NCBI GenBank assembly: GCA_965206345.1
Contig: OZ242211.1
Coordinates: forward strand, 1,018,758-1,082,757
DNA from: Arenicellales bacterium
GTDB taxonomy: Bacteria > Pseudomonadota > Gammaproteobacteria > Arenicellales > JAJDZL01
Direction of reading: 5' to 3'
Length of the DNA stretch: 64,000 nt
A program made the position numbers and the translations under genes. Below the pieces are notes generated by a model. It ran no database searches and was not told where the DNA came from. It worked only from the letters and a program-made list of their open reading frames with translations. Shown here piece by piece: positions 28,280-37,300 of the stretch (position 1 is the first letter of the stretch; the number at the start of each line of letters is the position of its first letter).

Positions 28280-29416
28280 TCAGTCGATGCCAACCAAAGT
28301 TTCCTGCACGATAAACTTCACAACATCCAATAAGGCAAGAGCCTCTGGTCGGCCTGACTCCAAGGATTCGTTGTAGACATGAATCTGTCGGTGAGCGCTT
28401 GTGCCTCGCTCGAGAATGGTGCGAACATGTTCAACTTCTTCGACACAGCCCAAAGCCTTTGCATCTACCTCGGTGAGTTCAATCAACTCTTCCACCAGTT
28501 CTTTGAGACTGACTATTTCACGTCGGCCAAAGTCGATCAGCCCTGTATCTATCCCATAACGCTGTGCTCGCCAGCGATTTTCCTTGATGAGGAAATCTGA
28601 GTAAGCTCGCCAGCGCTGGTTCTTCATTTTCAAGCGATTGAGCATGCTTAACCAGCATCGATAAACAGCCGCAACTGCGATCGTATCGTCGATGTTGGTG
28701 CACATGTCACAGATTCGAAGCTCCAGTGTCGGATAACGCCAACTTGGTCTCAGATCCCACCAGATTTTTGTGGCATCCTCAATCACGCCACAATGCACCA
28801 GCACATCGACATGTTTCATGTAGTCAGCATAGCTGTTGAATACTGGGGGCAGCCGAGTTCGCGGAAGTTGATCGAAAACGGATACACGGTAGGACTTAAG
28901 TCCGGTATTTTCACCTCTCCAAAATGGGGATGAAGTGGTCAGTGACAGCAAGTGAGGGATGAAATAACTCGCCTGGTTCATCAAATCAATGCGCAACTCG
29001 TCATTCGAGATGCCTACATGGACATGCATACCACTGATGTAGAGTCGTTCCACAACGTGTCGCAGTTCTTCAGCCAGATGAAGATAGCGCTCATCGTCGG
29101 TTAGTTGTGTTAAACCATAGGAAAAAGGGTGTGTCGATGCGGCCATCAAGAGACAGTCATGATTTCTGGCAATTCGCGAAACGGTGGCACGAAGCTTCGC
29201 CAGATCCTCCCGCACTTCCTGCATGGAATTGCAGACCTTTGTGCCGACTTCAATCTGACATTGCAGAAACTCCTTGGCAACCTGAGAACCAAGTTCTTCA
29301 GTGCACTCCCTCATCAGGTCAGGGGGCATCTGTGCCACCAGGTTCATGGTGGCCATGTCAACAATTAAGTACTCTTCTTCAATACCAACTGTAAAAGGTT
29401 CTGAGCTGGTCATCAC
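28280..29416 (-). CDS. ybdK: Carboxylate-amine ligase, YbdK / GCS2 family
   Basis: FTVGIEEEYLIVD N-terminus, HVHVG, and a 378-aa length. Confidence 0.85.
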   Translation of the reverse strand: MMTSSEPFTVGIEEEYLIVDMATMNLVAQMPPDLMRECTEELGSQVAKEFLQCQIEVGTKVCNSMQEVREDLAKLRATVSRIARNHDCLLMAASTHPFSYGLTQLTDDERYLHLAEELRHVVERLYISGMHVHVGISNDELRIDLMNQASYFIPHLLSLTTSSPFWRGENTGLKSYRVSVFDQLPRTRLPPVFNSYADYMKHVDVLVHCGVIEDATKIWWDLRPSWRYPTLELRICDMCTNIDDTIAVAAVYRCWLSMLNRLKMKNQRWRAYSDFLIKENRWRAQRYGIDTGLIDFGRREIVSLKELVEELIELTEVDAKALGCVEEVEHVRTILERGTSAHRQIHVYNESLESGRPEALALLDVVKFIVQETLVGID

Positions 29417-29558
29417 GTCAACCCTATCATCCTTGACCTAAATCTTATTTCGCAAAGTTTATATCAACTGTATGAATTCAAAGTTGAACTTTCGACAGTC
29501 CTTATAATTTGCCAATACTCAGTAGACTGTTTGACCGAATGCAAATCGAGGTGTTTGA

Positions 29559-30662
29559 ATGAGTCTGGACTTTCGCAGTGATACCGTAACCCGACCAAGC
29601 GAAGCTATGCGTAAAACAATGTATCGTGCCGAAGTGGGGGACGACGTTTATCGAGACGACAAAACGATCAACCGACTGCAGGATGTTATGGCCGAGCGGT
29701 TTGGTATGGAAGCGGGCCTTTTTGCAACCAGCGGGACTCAGGCGAATCTGGTTGCACTGATGGCTCATTGCCAGCGCGGCGATGAATACATCGTCGGCCA
29801 GCAGGCTCACACCTATAAATACGAAGGTGGTGGGGCTGCGGTGCTTGGCAGCATTCAGCCACAACCCATTGAATTCAGTGAAGATGGTTCAATTGATCTC
29901 GAAGCTGCCAGAGCAGCAATCAAACCGGATGATCCACACTTCGCCAACACCAAGCTGTTCTGCCTTGAAAACACCCATGCCGGTAAGGCACTGTCAATGG
30001 ATTACCTAAAAAAGGCCAAACAGTTTGTGCAGTCAAAAAATCTTGCGTGTCATCTCGACGGTGCGCGGGTATATAACGCAGCCATTTTTCATGGTGTTGA
30101 TGTCGCTGAAATAACTGCTCCATTTGACAGTTCAACCTGCTGTTTTTCAAAGGGTCTCGGAGCACCGATGGGCTCGGTGACTGTTGGCACCCGCGAGTTC
30201 ATTCAGGAAGCGCACCGCTGGAGAAAGTTACTCGGTGGCGGCTTGCGACAGGCCGGGGTGGTTGCAGCCGCAGCACTCTACGCTGTCGACAACAACGTCG
30301 AAAGACTTGCTGAAGACCACGAAAATGCGAAGTGGATCGCAGATCAGCTTTCTCAAGTTGAGGAACTTGATGTGCGGTATCACAAAATGCAGACCAATAT
30401 GGTTTTTGTCTCAATGCCAGGGTACGATCCTCGTGCACTCGCGGCATACCTGCTCGAGCGGGACATCGTAATCACCCCCGGTGCTACAACGCGAATTGTT
30501 ACCCATTTGGATGTTGACCGCGAGGCTGCAAAAATCCTGGTCGACGGCATCAAGGATTACTTTGCCTCAATAGGATCAGGTCTTTCGGCTACCAACCGAA
30601 TCCGCGACTACACAGAGGATCTCGAACATCATGGTGGCACCTACCAAGGCAGTGTTGCCTGA
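29559..30662 (+). CDS. ltaE: Low-specificity L-threonine aldolase
   Basis: DFRSDTVTRPS..M......GDDVY..D.T.N.L, FCFSKGLGAPMGS-type PLP lysine region (CCFSKGLGAP), and THLDV. It carries a ~28-aa C-terminal tail beyond the usual end. Confidence 0.85.
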   Translation: MSLDFRSDTVTRPSEAMRKTMYRAEVGDDVYRDDKTINRLQDVMAERFGMEAGLFATSGTQANLVALMAHCQRGDEYIVGQQAHTYKYEGGGAAVLGSIQPQPIEFSEDGSIDLEAARAAIKPDDPHFANTKLFCLENTHAGKALSMDYLKKAKQFVQSKNLACHLDGARVYNAAIFHGVDVAEITAPFDSSTCCFSKGLGAPMGSVTVGTREFIQEAHRWRKLLGGGLRQAGVVAAAALYAVDNNVERLAEDHENAKWIADQLSQVEELDVRYHKMQTNMVFVSMPGYDPRALAAYLLERDIVITPGATTRIVTHLDVDREAAKILVDGIKDYFASIGSGLSATNRIRDYTEDLEHHGGTYQGSVA

Positions 30663-31532
30663 TGGGTCAAAAGGTGGTGCAACTTCAACAACATCACCAC
30701 CGACCAGGTTGAGTCCCTGTAGAGCGCGAATCATCAACTGAGCCTCAAGGCTGGTGAATCCGCCAACTTCCGGAGTGCCTGTACCTGGCGCAAAAACCGG
30801 GTCTAGACCATCAACATCGAAACTGATGTAAGTTGGACCGTCTCCAACAATTTGCCTAGCCTCCTGAATCACTTCGCTCCAGCCACGTTCATCGAGTTCT
30901 TCCATGTAGACGACGCGCATTCCGGTATCGTGACTGAATTTCCAGATATCGAGATCGTTCAAGCTGCCACGAATACCGATCTGCACCGTGCGTTTGGGAT
31001 CGAGCAGCCCTTCTTCTACCGCTCTCCTGAACGGGGCGCCGTGATGAAATTTGGATCCGAGGTAATCATCTCCGGTGTCGCAATGGGCATCGAAGTGAAC
31101 CATTCCAACTGGACGCTCGCTGGCAATTGCTCGAAAAATGGGCAAAGTGACGGAGTGATCACCGCCGGCTGACACCGGAACAATACCGCGCTTGTGAACC
31201 TGCCGGAAAAACTCCGCTATCTCATCCAGACTTTCTTCAAGATGAAATGGTTTTTGAACCCAGGCATCTCCGAGATCAGCAACCCGACAGACATCGTAAG
31301 GACAGATACCTGATGACTGATTCTTACGACGCATCAGACTAGACTGATTTCGCATCTCCCGAGGACCGTGTCTCGCACCGGTGCGATTTGTGACGCCACC
31401 GTCGAATGGCACACCAACCAGTCCGATATCTACGTTATCCCAAGTCTCGGAGTGCGGAGCCCGCATGAATGTCGGTATTCCGGTATATCGAGGTCGCTGT
31501 ATCGGGTCTTGAAACTCTTCGTACTCATACAT
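30576..31532 (-). CDS. Ureohydrolase (agmatinase / guanidino-acid hydrolase family)
   Basis: Mn-binding motifs GGDHSVTLP, HFDAHCDT and SFDVDGLDP. Substrate cannot be assigned from sequence alone. Confidence 0.85.
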   Translation of the reverse strand: MYEYEEFQDPIQRPRYTGIPTFMRAPHSETWDNVDIGLVGVPFDGGVTNRTGARHGPREMRNQSSLMRRKNQSSGICPYDVCRVADLGDAWVQKPFHLEESLDEIAEFFRQVHKRGIVPVSAGGDHSVTLPIFRAIASERPVGMVHFDAHCDTGDDYLGSKFHHGAPFRRAVEEGLLDPKRTVQIGIRGSLNDLDIWKFSHDTGMRVVYMEELDERGWSEVIQEARQIVGDGPTYISFDVDGLDPVFAPGTGTPEVGGFTSLEAQLMIRALQGLNLVGGDVVEVAPPFDPSGNTALVGATMMFEILCVVADSVGSRKT

Positions 31533-31664
31533 GATTCTGACTCTCTGTGATCTTTATCAATCTGTCCGCAGTCTGCCTGCTACCAAACCCAAATTATTTT
31601 AATGTTGGAGATGGGCTTTGTGTTGCATCACATGCGAATATATGCTGACGTTCAACCAGCTCCG

Positions 31665-32681
31665 TTACAAATCAGCAGATGGGCGGATAATTCCCGCCGG
31701 ACGATTGGCAACTGTTGTGACTTCAGGCTGAAGCCAAGGCTGCATCTGATCCAGCTCAGCAGCTGTCAATCCGCAAAATTTTGCGACGAGCCAAGTTAAC
31801 GCAACTTCAGCTGCACGTCTAGACCCATCGTCAATTTTCAGGGCAAATCCAATTGGATTCGAACCCATGGCAAGGCCGGTGTAGACACCTTCAGCACCGA
31901 CTTTAACCAGCACGCGGCGTTTTGTTGCCAGCGGAACCGCAGTACACAATCGACCTGTACCACCTACGATCTCAGGAAACTTTGCCATTGCCTGACAGAT
32001 GCGATCAGCCGCTTTACTTCGTCGCGCCGAGGAAAATCTCTTGCCGCCAAGCGACGCGAACGCGCGGGCGATTCCCTTTAGCGACATTCCGACAACCGGA
32101 ATGCCACATCCATCCAGCCCCGCTGGTGCAGTCGTAACTGTCTCCTCGGTGACTTTCTCCAAGACATCCAAAACGAGTTGCTGTACTGGATGCTCGCGTT
32201 CTATGTATCCTGCAACCGAGACACCACGATGACAGGCTTCGGTAATGAACCCGGCATGCTTACCGGAACAATTGTTGTGCGCGGGCGTAGCATTGATACC
32301 TTCCCTTGTCAATGAAATTCGGGTGTTGCGGTGAGTGGGATAGTGTGTGCCGCATTCCAGCACTGATTCGTCAAGATTCAGAAGATTCAACCATCGACGC
32401 ACACCGTCTGTGTGAACAGCCTCTCCTGAATGAGATGCACAGGCAAGCGCAATCTCTGTTTCACCCAATCCAAAATGTTCCAATGCGCCAGATTCGACTA
32501 GAACAATCGCTTGAAGCGGTTTAATGGCAGAGCGTGGGTAGATTGGACGCTCAATATCACCAAAAGCAGCAATTTCGCGCCCCTTTGTGTCGACAACAAC
32601 CGCTGCACCGCGATGAAAACTCTCCACCATATCACCGCGCGTTGCTACTACCAGAACGGGGTTCGCTAAAGAAAAATTCAA
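31665..32681 (-). CDS. Asparaginase II (PF06089-like) family protein
   Basis: ESFHRGAAVVVD..G......G....PIYPRSAIKPLQA and NCSGKHAG motifs. Confidence 0.7.
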   Translation of the reverse strand: MNFSLANPVLVVATRGDMVESFHRGAAVVVDTKGREIAAFGDIERPIYPRSAIKPLQAIVLVESGALEHFGLGETEIALACASHSGEAVHTDGVRRWLNLLNLDESVLECGTHYPTHRNTRISLTREGINATPAHNNCSGKHAGFITEACHRGVSVAGYIEREHPVQQLVLDVLEKVTEETVTTAPAGLDGCGIPVVGMSLKGIARAFASLGGKRFSSARRSKAADRICQAMAKFPEIVGGTGRLCTAVPLATKRRVLVKVGAEGVYTGLAMGSNPIGFALKIDDGSRRAAEVALTWLVAKFCGLTAAELDQMQPWLQPEVTTVANRPAGIIRPSADL

Positions 32682-33027
32682 TTGAGTAAGAAGCTGGTTT
32701 GAGGTTTGGTTGAATAGATAACTCGTTCAATTAACACACAGTTCTGCAAATACAGAGTACCCATTACCCCACGAAATTTTCTAGTTGAGCGCAAAATCTG
32801 GCTGCCAGGTGCAGAATCTCTAATTTTCACCCCTGCTGCATAGGGAAACACCATTTGAGTGATATCACAATCAATTGACTGGATATTCAATGATGGTTTT
32901 ATTGATTATGACCATTTTGCCGTCAACTATTCAGACAATTGCGAAATCATTAACTAGAGTTCGATAGTAGCATATAATTCATCCATTGAGTAATTTTACT
33001 AAAGAGAATAATTTTACTTCCGTAACT

Positions 33028-34311
33028 ATGTTTGAACGGGAACAGAAAACTACATTAGTTCAGCGTTTGAGAGAACCACCTCGGTCTCTGATTATTGTAA
33101 ATGGCCCGCGTCAATGCGGCAAAACAACGGTTTTACTTCAAGCACTCAAGGCAAGCCATGTTCAACATCTTTATGTTGCTGTCGATCGAATGGAAGTTAA
33201 CCCCGATTTGTCAATTGAGAACATTGATTCAATTCGCGCACCGGATGCTCCGGAAGATTATTTTGCGGAACCTCGTGTCAATCAAGCCGATGCAGAGTGG
33301 CTGATCAGGGTATGGCAAGATGCGAGGGCAAGGGCTGATCAATCCGAATCTGGCTATATCTTTGCACTGGACGAAATTCAAAAAGTTCCGAACTGGTCGG
33401 AAATCGTAAAAGGACTGTGGGATAAGGACCAAATGGAAGGTCGAAAAATGCATGTAGTGCTGCTAGGGTCTGCACCACTACTGATGCAACAGGGATTGAA
33501 CGAGAGTCTCGCTGGCAGATTTGAGACCATCCGACTTAATCACTGGTCGTTCTCTGAAATGGCTGCAGCATTTGACTTTGACTTGGATAAGTTTGTATTC
33601 TTCGGGGGTTATCCAAAATCCGCATCATTAATTGACAACGAGGATCGTTGGCGAAATTACATTCTTGACGCTTTAGTCAATACGAGCATAGAACGAGATA
33701 TTTTGGCTCTGCAACGCATCGATAAGCCGGTCCTGCTGAAACGTCTATTTGAATTGGGCTCAACTTTCTCTGGACAAGAACTTTCCTATACCAAGATGCT
33801 CGGTTCGCTTCAGGATGCTGGCAACACGACTACTTTGGCGCGTTATCTCGACTTGATGTCGCAGGTGAAACTAATTTCTGGCCTTTCTAAATTTTCATTG
33901 AACTTATTGCGAAGAGGTTCCTCTCCAAAGTTAATTGTGCACAACACTGCTTTAATGTCTGCGAGTTCTGGATATACGTTCGAAGAAGCGAAATCTGATC
34001 GCACATACTGGGGGAGACTCGTGGAAAGTGCGGTAGGAGCGCATCTGTTGAATTCCCTCAGTCCCCGTGCTGAACTTAGTTACTGGCGGAAAGATAATTT
34101 TGAAGTGGATTTCGTAGTCGCTCGTGCCAACCACCTCACTGCTATTGAAGTAAAAAGCGGTAGGCAACGGTTTCGCACGAAAGGCATTGACAAATTCGAA
34201 GAGAATTTCTCAAGTCGTACACGCTCTATCAATCGCTTGGGAATCGGTGGAAGTGGAACTGAGCTTGCAGAGTTTCTTGCAACTCCAGCTTCAGAACAGG
34301 TTGAAAGTTGA
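33028..34311 (+). CDS. AAA+ ATPase of the COG1373 type (AAA_14 + DUF4143) with C-terminal PD-(D/E)xK-like motif; first gene of the candidate defence pair
   Basis: Walker A GPRQCGKTT, Walker B FALDEIQ, LLGSAP, SLAGRF. C-terminal NFEVDFVVARANHLTAIEVKSG (D at 34108-10, E at 34147-49, K at 34153-55). ATG 33028 gives the same N-terminal spacing to the P-loop as the paralog at 12234; the track starts at TTG 32986. Confidence 0.8.
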   Translation: MFEREQKTTLVQRLREPPRSLIIVNGPRQCGKTTVLLQALKASHVQHLYVAVDRMEVNPDLSIENIDSIRAPDAPEDYFAEPRVNQADAEWLIRVWQDARARADQSESGYIFALDEIQKVPNWSEIVKGLWDKDQMEGRKMHVVLLGSAPLLMQQGLNESLAGRFETIRLNHWSFSEMAAAFDFDLDKFVFFGGYPKSASLIDNEDRWRNYILDALVNTSIERDILALQRIDKPVLLKRLFELGSTFSGQELSYTKMLGSLQDAGNTTTLARYLDLMSQVKLISGLSKFSLNLLRRGSSPKLIVHNTALMSASSGYTFEEAKSDRTYWGRLVESAVGAHLLNSLSPRAELSYWRKDNFEVDFVVARANHLTAIEVKSGRQRFRTKGIDKFEENFSSRTRSINRLGIGGSGTELAEFLATPASEQVES

Positions 34312-37300
34312 TGACCTATTTTGCTCCCCGTACCTGTCATTATTTTAGCAAAGGTGGCCGTTTATCGGAATCTCATCAACCATTCGAGGAAAGTAAAGAA
34401 TTCACTTCGACCGACGCATCGTTACAGAAAAACAAAGAAGCACCTTCTAACGAATCTCTTTCGCTTGAACAATTGCGTGAAGTTGAAGCATTTGTTTTGC
34501 TTGGACCGCCTGGAGCAGGGAAAACAGAAATATTCAAAAAAGAAGGGGGAAATTCGAATTGTCATTGCACAACAGTTCGCAAATTTGTTAATCTCAATCA
34601 AACTGGAATAAATTCCAAAACGACGTTATTTATCGATGCGCTCGACGAACAACGGCTTGAATTTCAGGACGGGAGAACAGCACTCGATGAAGTATGTCGG
34701 AAACTTCAGATGCTGGGCAACCCTCGCTTTCGTTTGTCCTGTCGAGAAGCAGATTGGTATGGAACCAGTGATCGCACGCACCTGAAATCTGTTTCTCCAG
34801 ATGGTCAAATCAGTGTATATCGCCTCGACCCTTTAACAAATGAGCAAGTGCTCCAATTGTTAGCTAGTTTGAAAATTGAACATCCTGAAGCGTTTGTAGA
34901 ATCAGTTATTAACAATCAACTTGCTGAATTGCTTCACAACCCACATACACTAAAAATGCTGGTTGAAGCATTTCGTGAATTAGGCGAACAGAAGTTTCCT
35001 CGAACACGCACCGAGACGTTCGAATTGGCCTGTCTGAATTTACTGAAAGATCCTGATAGAAAAAGGCAACAGGCATATCAAACCCTCGAAATTAATCTCA
35101 AAGATCTTTTGGACAAAGCAGGAAAGCTGTGCGCCATTCAACTTTTGTCCGGTAAGCAAGGTTACACTCAGGTTGGCGGAATAGCTGGTCCTGATTTCCC
35201 TGACTTGAATCATATCTTGTCAGGCGATGGAACGGAAGTGCATCGGATAGTACGCTCCAATTTATTTCACACACCGTCAGAAAACCGTGTTGTCCCCATT
35301 CACCGGCACGTTGCAGAGTTTCTCGCTGGGCGTTATCTTTGCAAACTAATTGATGAAGGACTGCTTTTGAGCCGAGTGATGTCACTCATTATTGGCTACG
35401 ATGATTCGGTCGTTTCCGATCTGCGAGGTCTTTCAGCATGGCTTGCGGCGCATTGCGTGTCTCGAAGAAAACAAATTATGGAGTGGGACCCCTTGGGTAC
35501 ATTGCTGTATGGCGATGTCAAGTCTTTCTCGATCGACGAAAAAATTTATCTGCTGAAGTTACTGCCTCAGAATCTAGGGGAAGATCTTTGGCACGTGCGA
35601 AAGCATGGAATAGATGTGCGTTTTGGCGACATTGCTACACAAGATTCAGTCAACGAAATTCGAAGGATTTTTTGGGAATCTGTGGAAGCTAACACTAAGT
35701 CATCGTTATGTTGGATTGTTAGCGCAATGCTTCGATATAGCGAGCCACTTCAAGGGCTATCCGAGTTTCTGCTTGCGATTCTAAAACATGATTCAATATC
35801 GTCAAGTATCAAGACTAACGCAATTGATGCGATTGAGCACCAATGTGGCGGCATTACAAATATTTATGCTGAACTGAAAGGATTGTTTGACGATGTATAC
35901 GATGGAAATATTCGCGATCCAGATTGTGAACTGACAAATGGAATATTGATCAAACTGTACCCAGAATATTTAAAAGCGTCTGAATTATTGAAGTACTTCC
36001 GAATGCCAGATGTGGCGAGTATCTCGATTGATTACCATTACTTCTGGCGTAAATATGTGCCCGAAAATTCAACCGCGGAGCAATTGGCTTGTCTTCTTGA
36101 CCAGCTTACACAGAAAAAAGAAAAAATTAGGTTGCCAGTGCGGTTTGCAAACCGTTGGCCTTTCTCCTGGCGAAACTTGGCTCGAATTTGGCTACGAAAA
36201 TACTTGGACAAGTTTGAGGGGGAGGTTGATCGTTATCGACTGTTCGATTGGTTGGGGTTTGCTTCCGGTGTCGATGATTGGGAGGAATACTCCGTTCCCA
36301 ATGGGGAAGATTCAACTTTCATTAGATCTTGGATCGAAAAACACCCTGATTTACACAAATGGCTACTAGAACGGGGGTTGTCAATTTGCATTGAAAATCA
36401 GAATTGTAATGGGGGACATGCCTTCGGGCAGTGCGTAAATTCACAGTGGAAAAGACAGTTTGGAGCTCAAAAACCAGAAAACTATGGACTCTGGTGCATT
36501 GAAAAAGGGATTCAGCTGTCTAGTGAAGATGCGAAAACTTGGCTCGTACACGAAGCAGCAAACTGGATCGGCGATTTCGACCGAAGTCAAGGAGATACCA
36601 CGAATAAAGTCAATAGGCTTTTTCAGCAAAGCCCTGAGCTAAAGAAAGAGTTCGATGAAGCACAAGGCCAACTCGAATCAGAAAGACAACAATTCTTGGA
36701 ACAGTCGCGTAAACAGGGTGATCAACAGCGTCAGAAAGAATGGCAGGAATTTCTTAAACCATACGAAACTGCATTACGAGAAAATCGAGTTGAAATTCAA
36801 TTGCTTTCGAAGTTGGCGTCGGTCTATCTTGGTGGCTTCCTAGATGTTTACGGCGATAAACCCGAGAACAGAGTGTACAACTTAGTGGGAGATGACCACA
36901 ACCTAGTGAATGCTGTGTTGCAAGGTTTGCGTAATTCAATCAATCGAATTGATGTTCCAAGCGACGACGAAGTCATAAGTCTTCATTGTGAAAATAAAAG
37001 GCATTTTCTCGTCTTTCCCATTCTTGCAGGAATGATTGAACTGACTGCCAATGTGCACGAATACGCAATCAACCTGGATGAAGAAAAGTTACGCCTGTTA
37101 ATTGCCCTCCATTACACGGAACCATACTGGAGAACACCTAAAGATATCGATACACTTTCCGAACCGAAATTTCGATGGTTCTCTGGATTGTTAACAAACC
37201 ATCCAGAGTTGGTGGCCACGGTACTGTTTAAATTTGCCAGTGCCCAATTTCAAAAGGGTAAAGGCGGAATTGAAGGCTTATATGAACTCGCATATTCGGA

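Noticed and set aside
28269-28286. 7-bp hairpin (CGACTGA-ATCT-TCAGTCG) between convergent envC and ybdK; considered as a bidirectional terminator.
   Set aside because: It has no flanking U/A tract and overlaps the ybdK stop codon, so the evidence is weak.
32678-32890. 70-aa minus-strand ORF in the left flank of the candidate defence module.
   Set aside because: It has no RBS or motif and overlaps the stop of the asparaginase-II gene, so it is probably chance in AT-rich spacer. It might deserve a check as a small regulator only if it is conserved.
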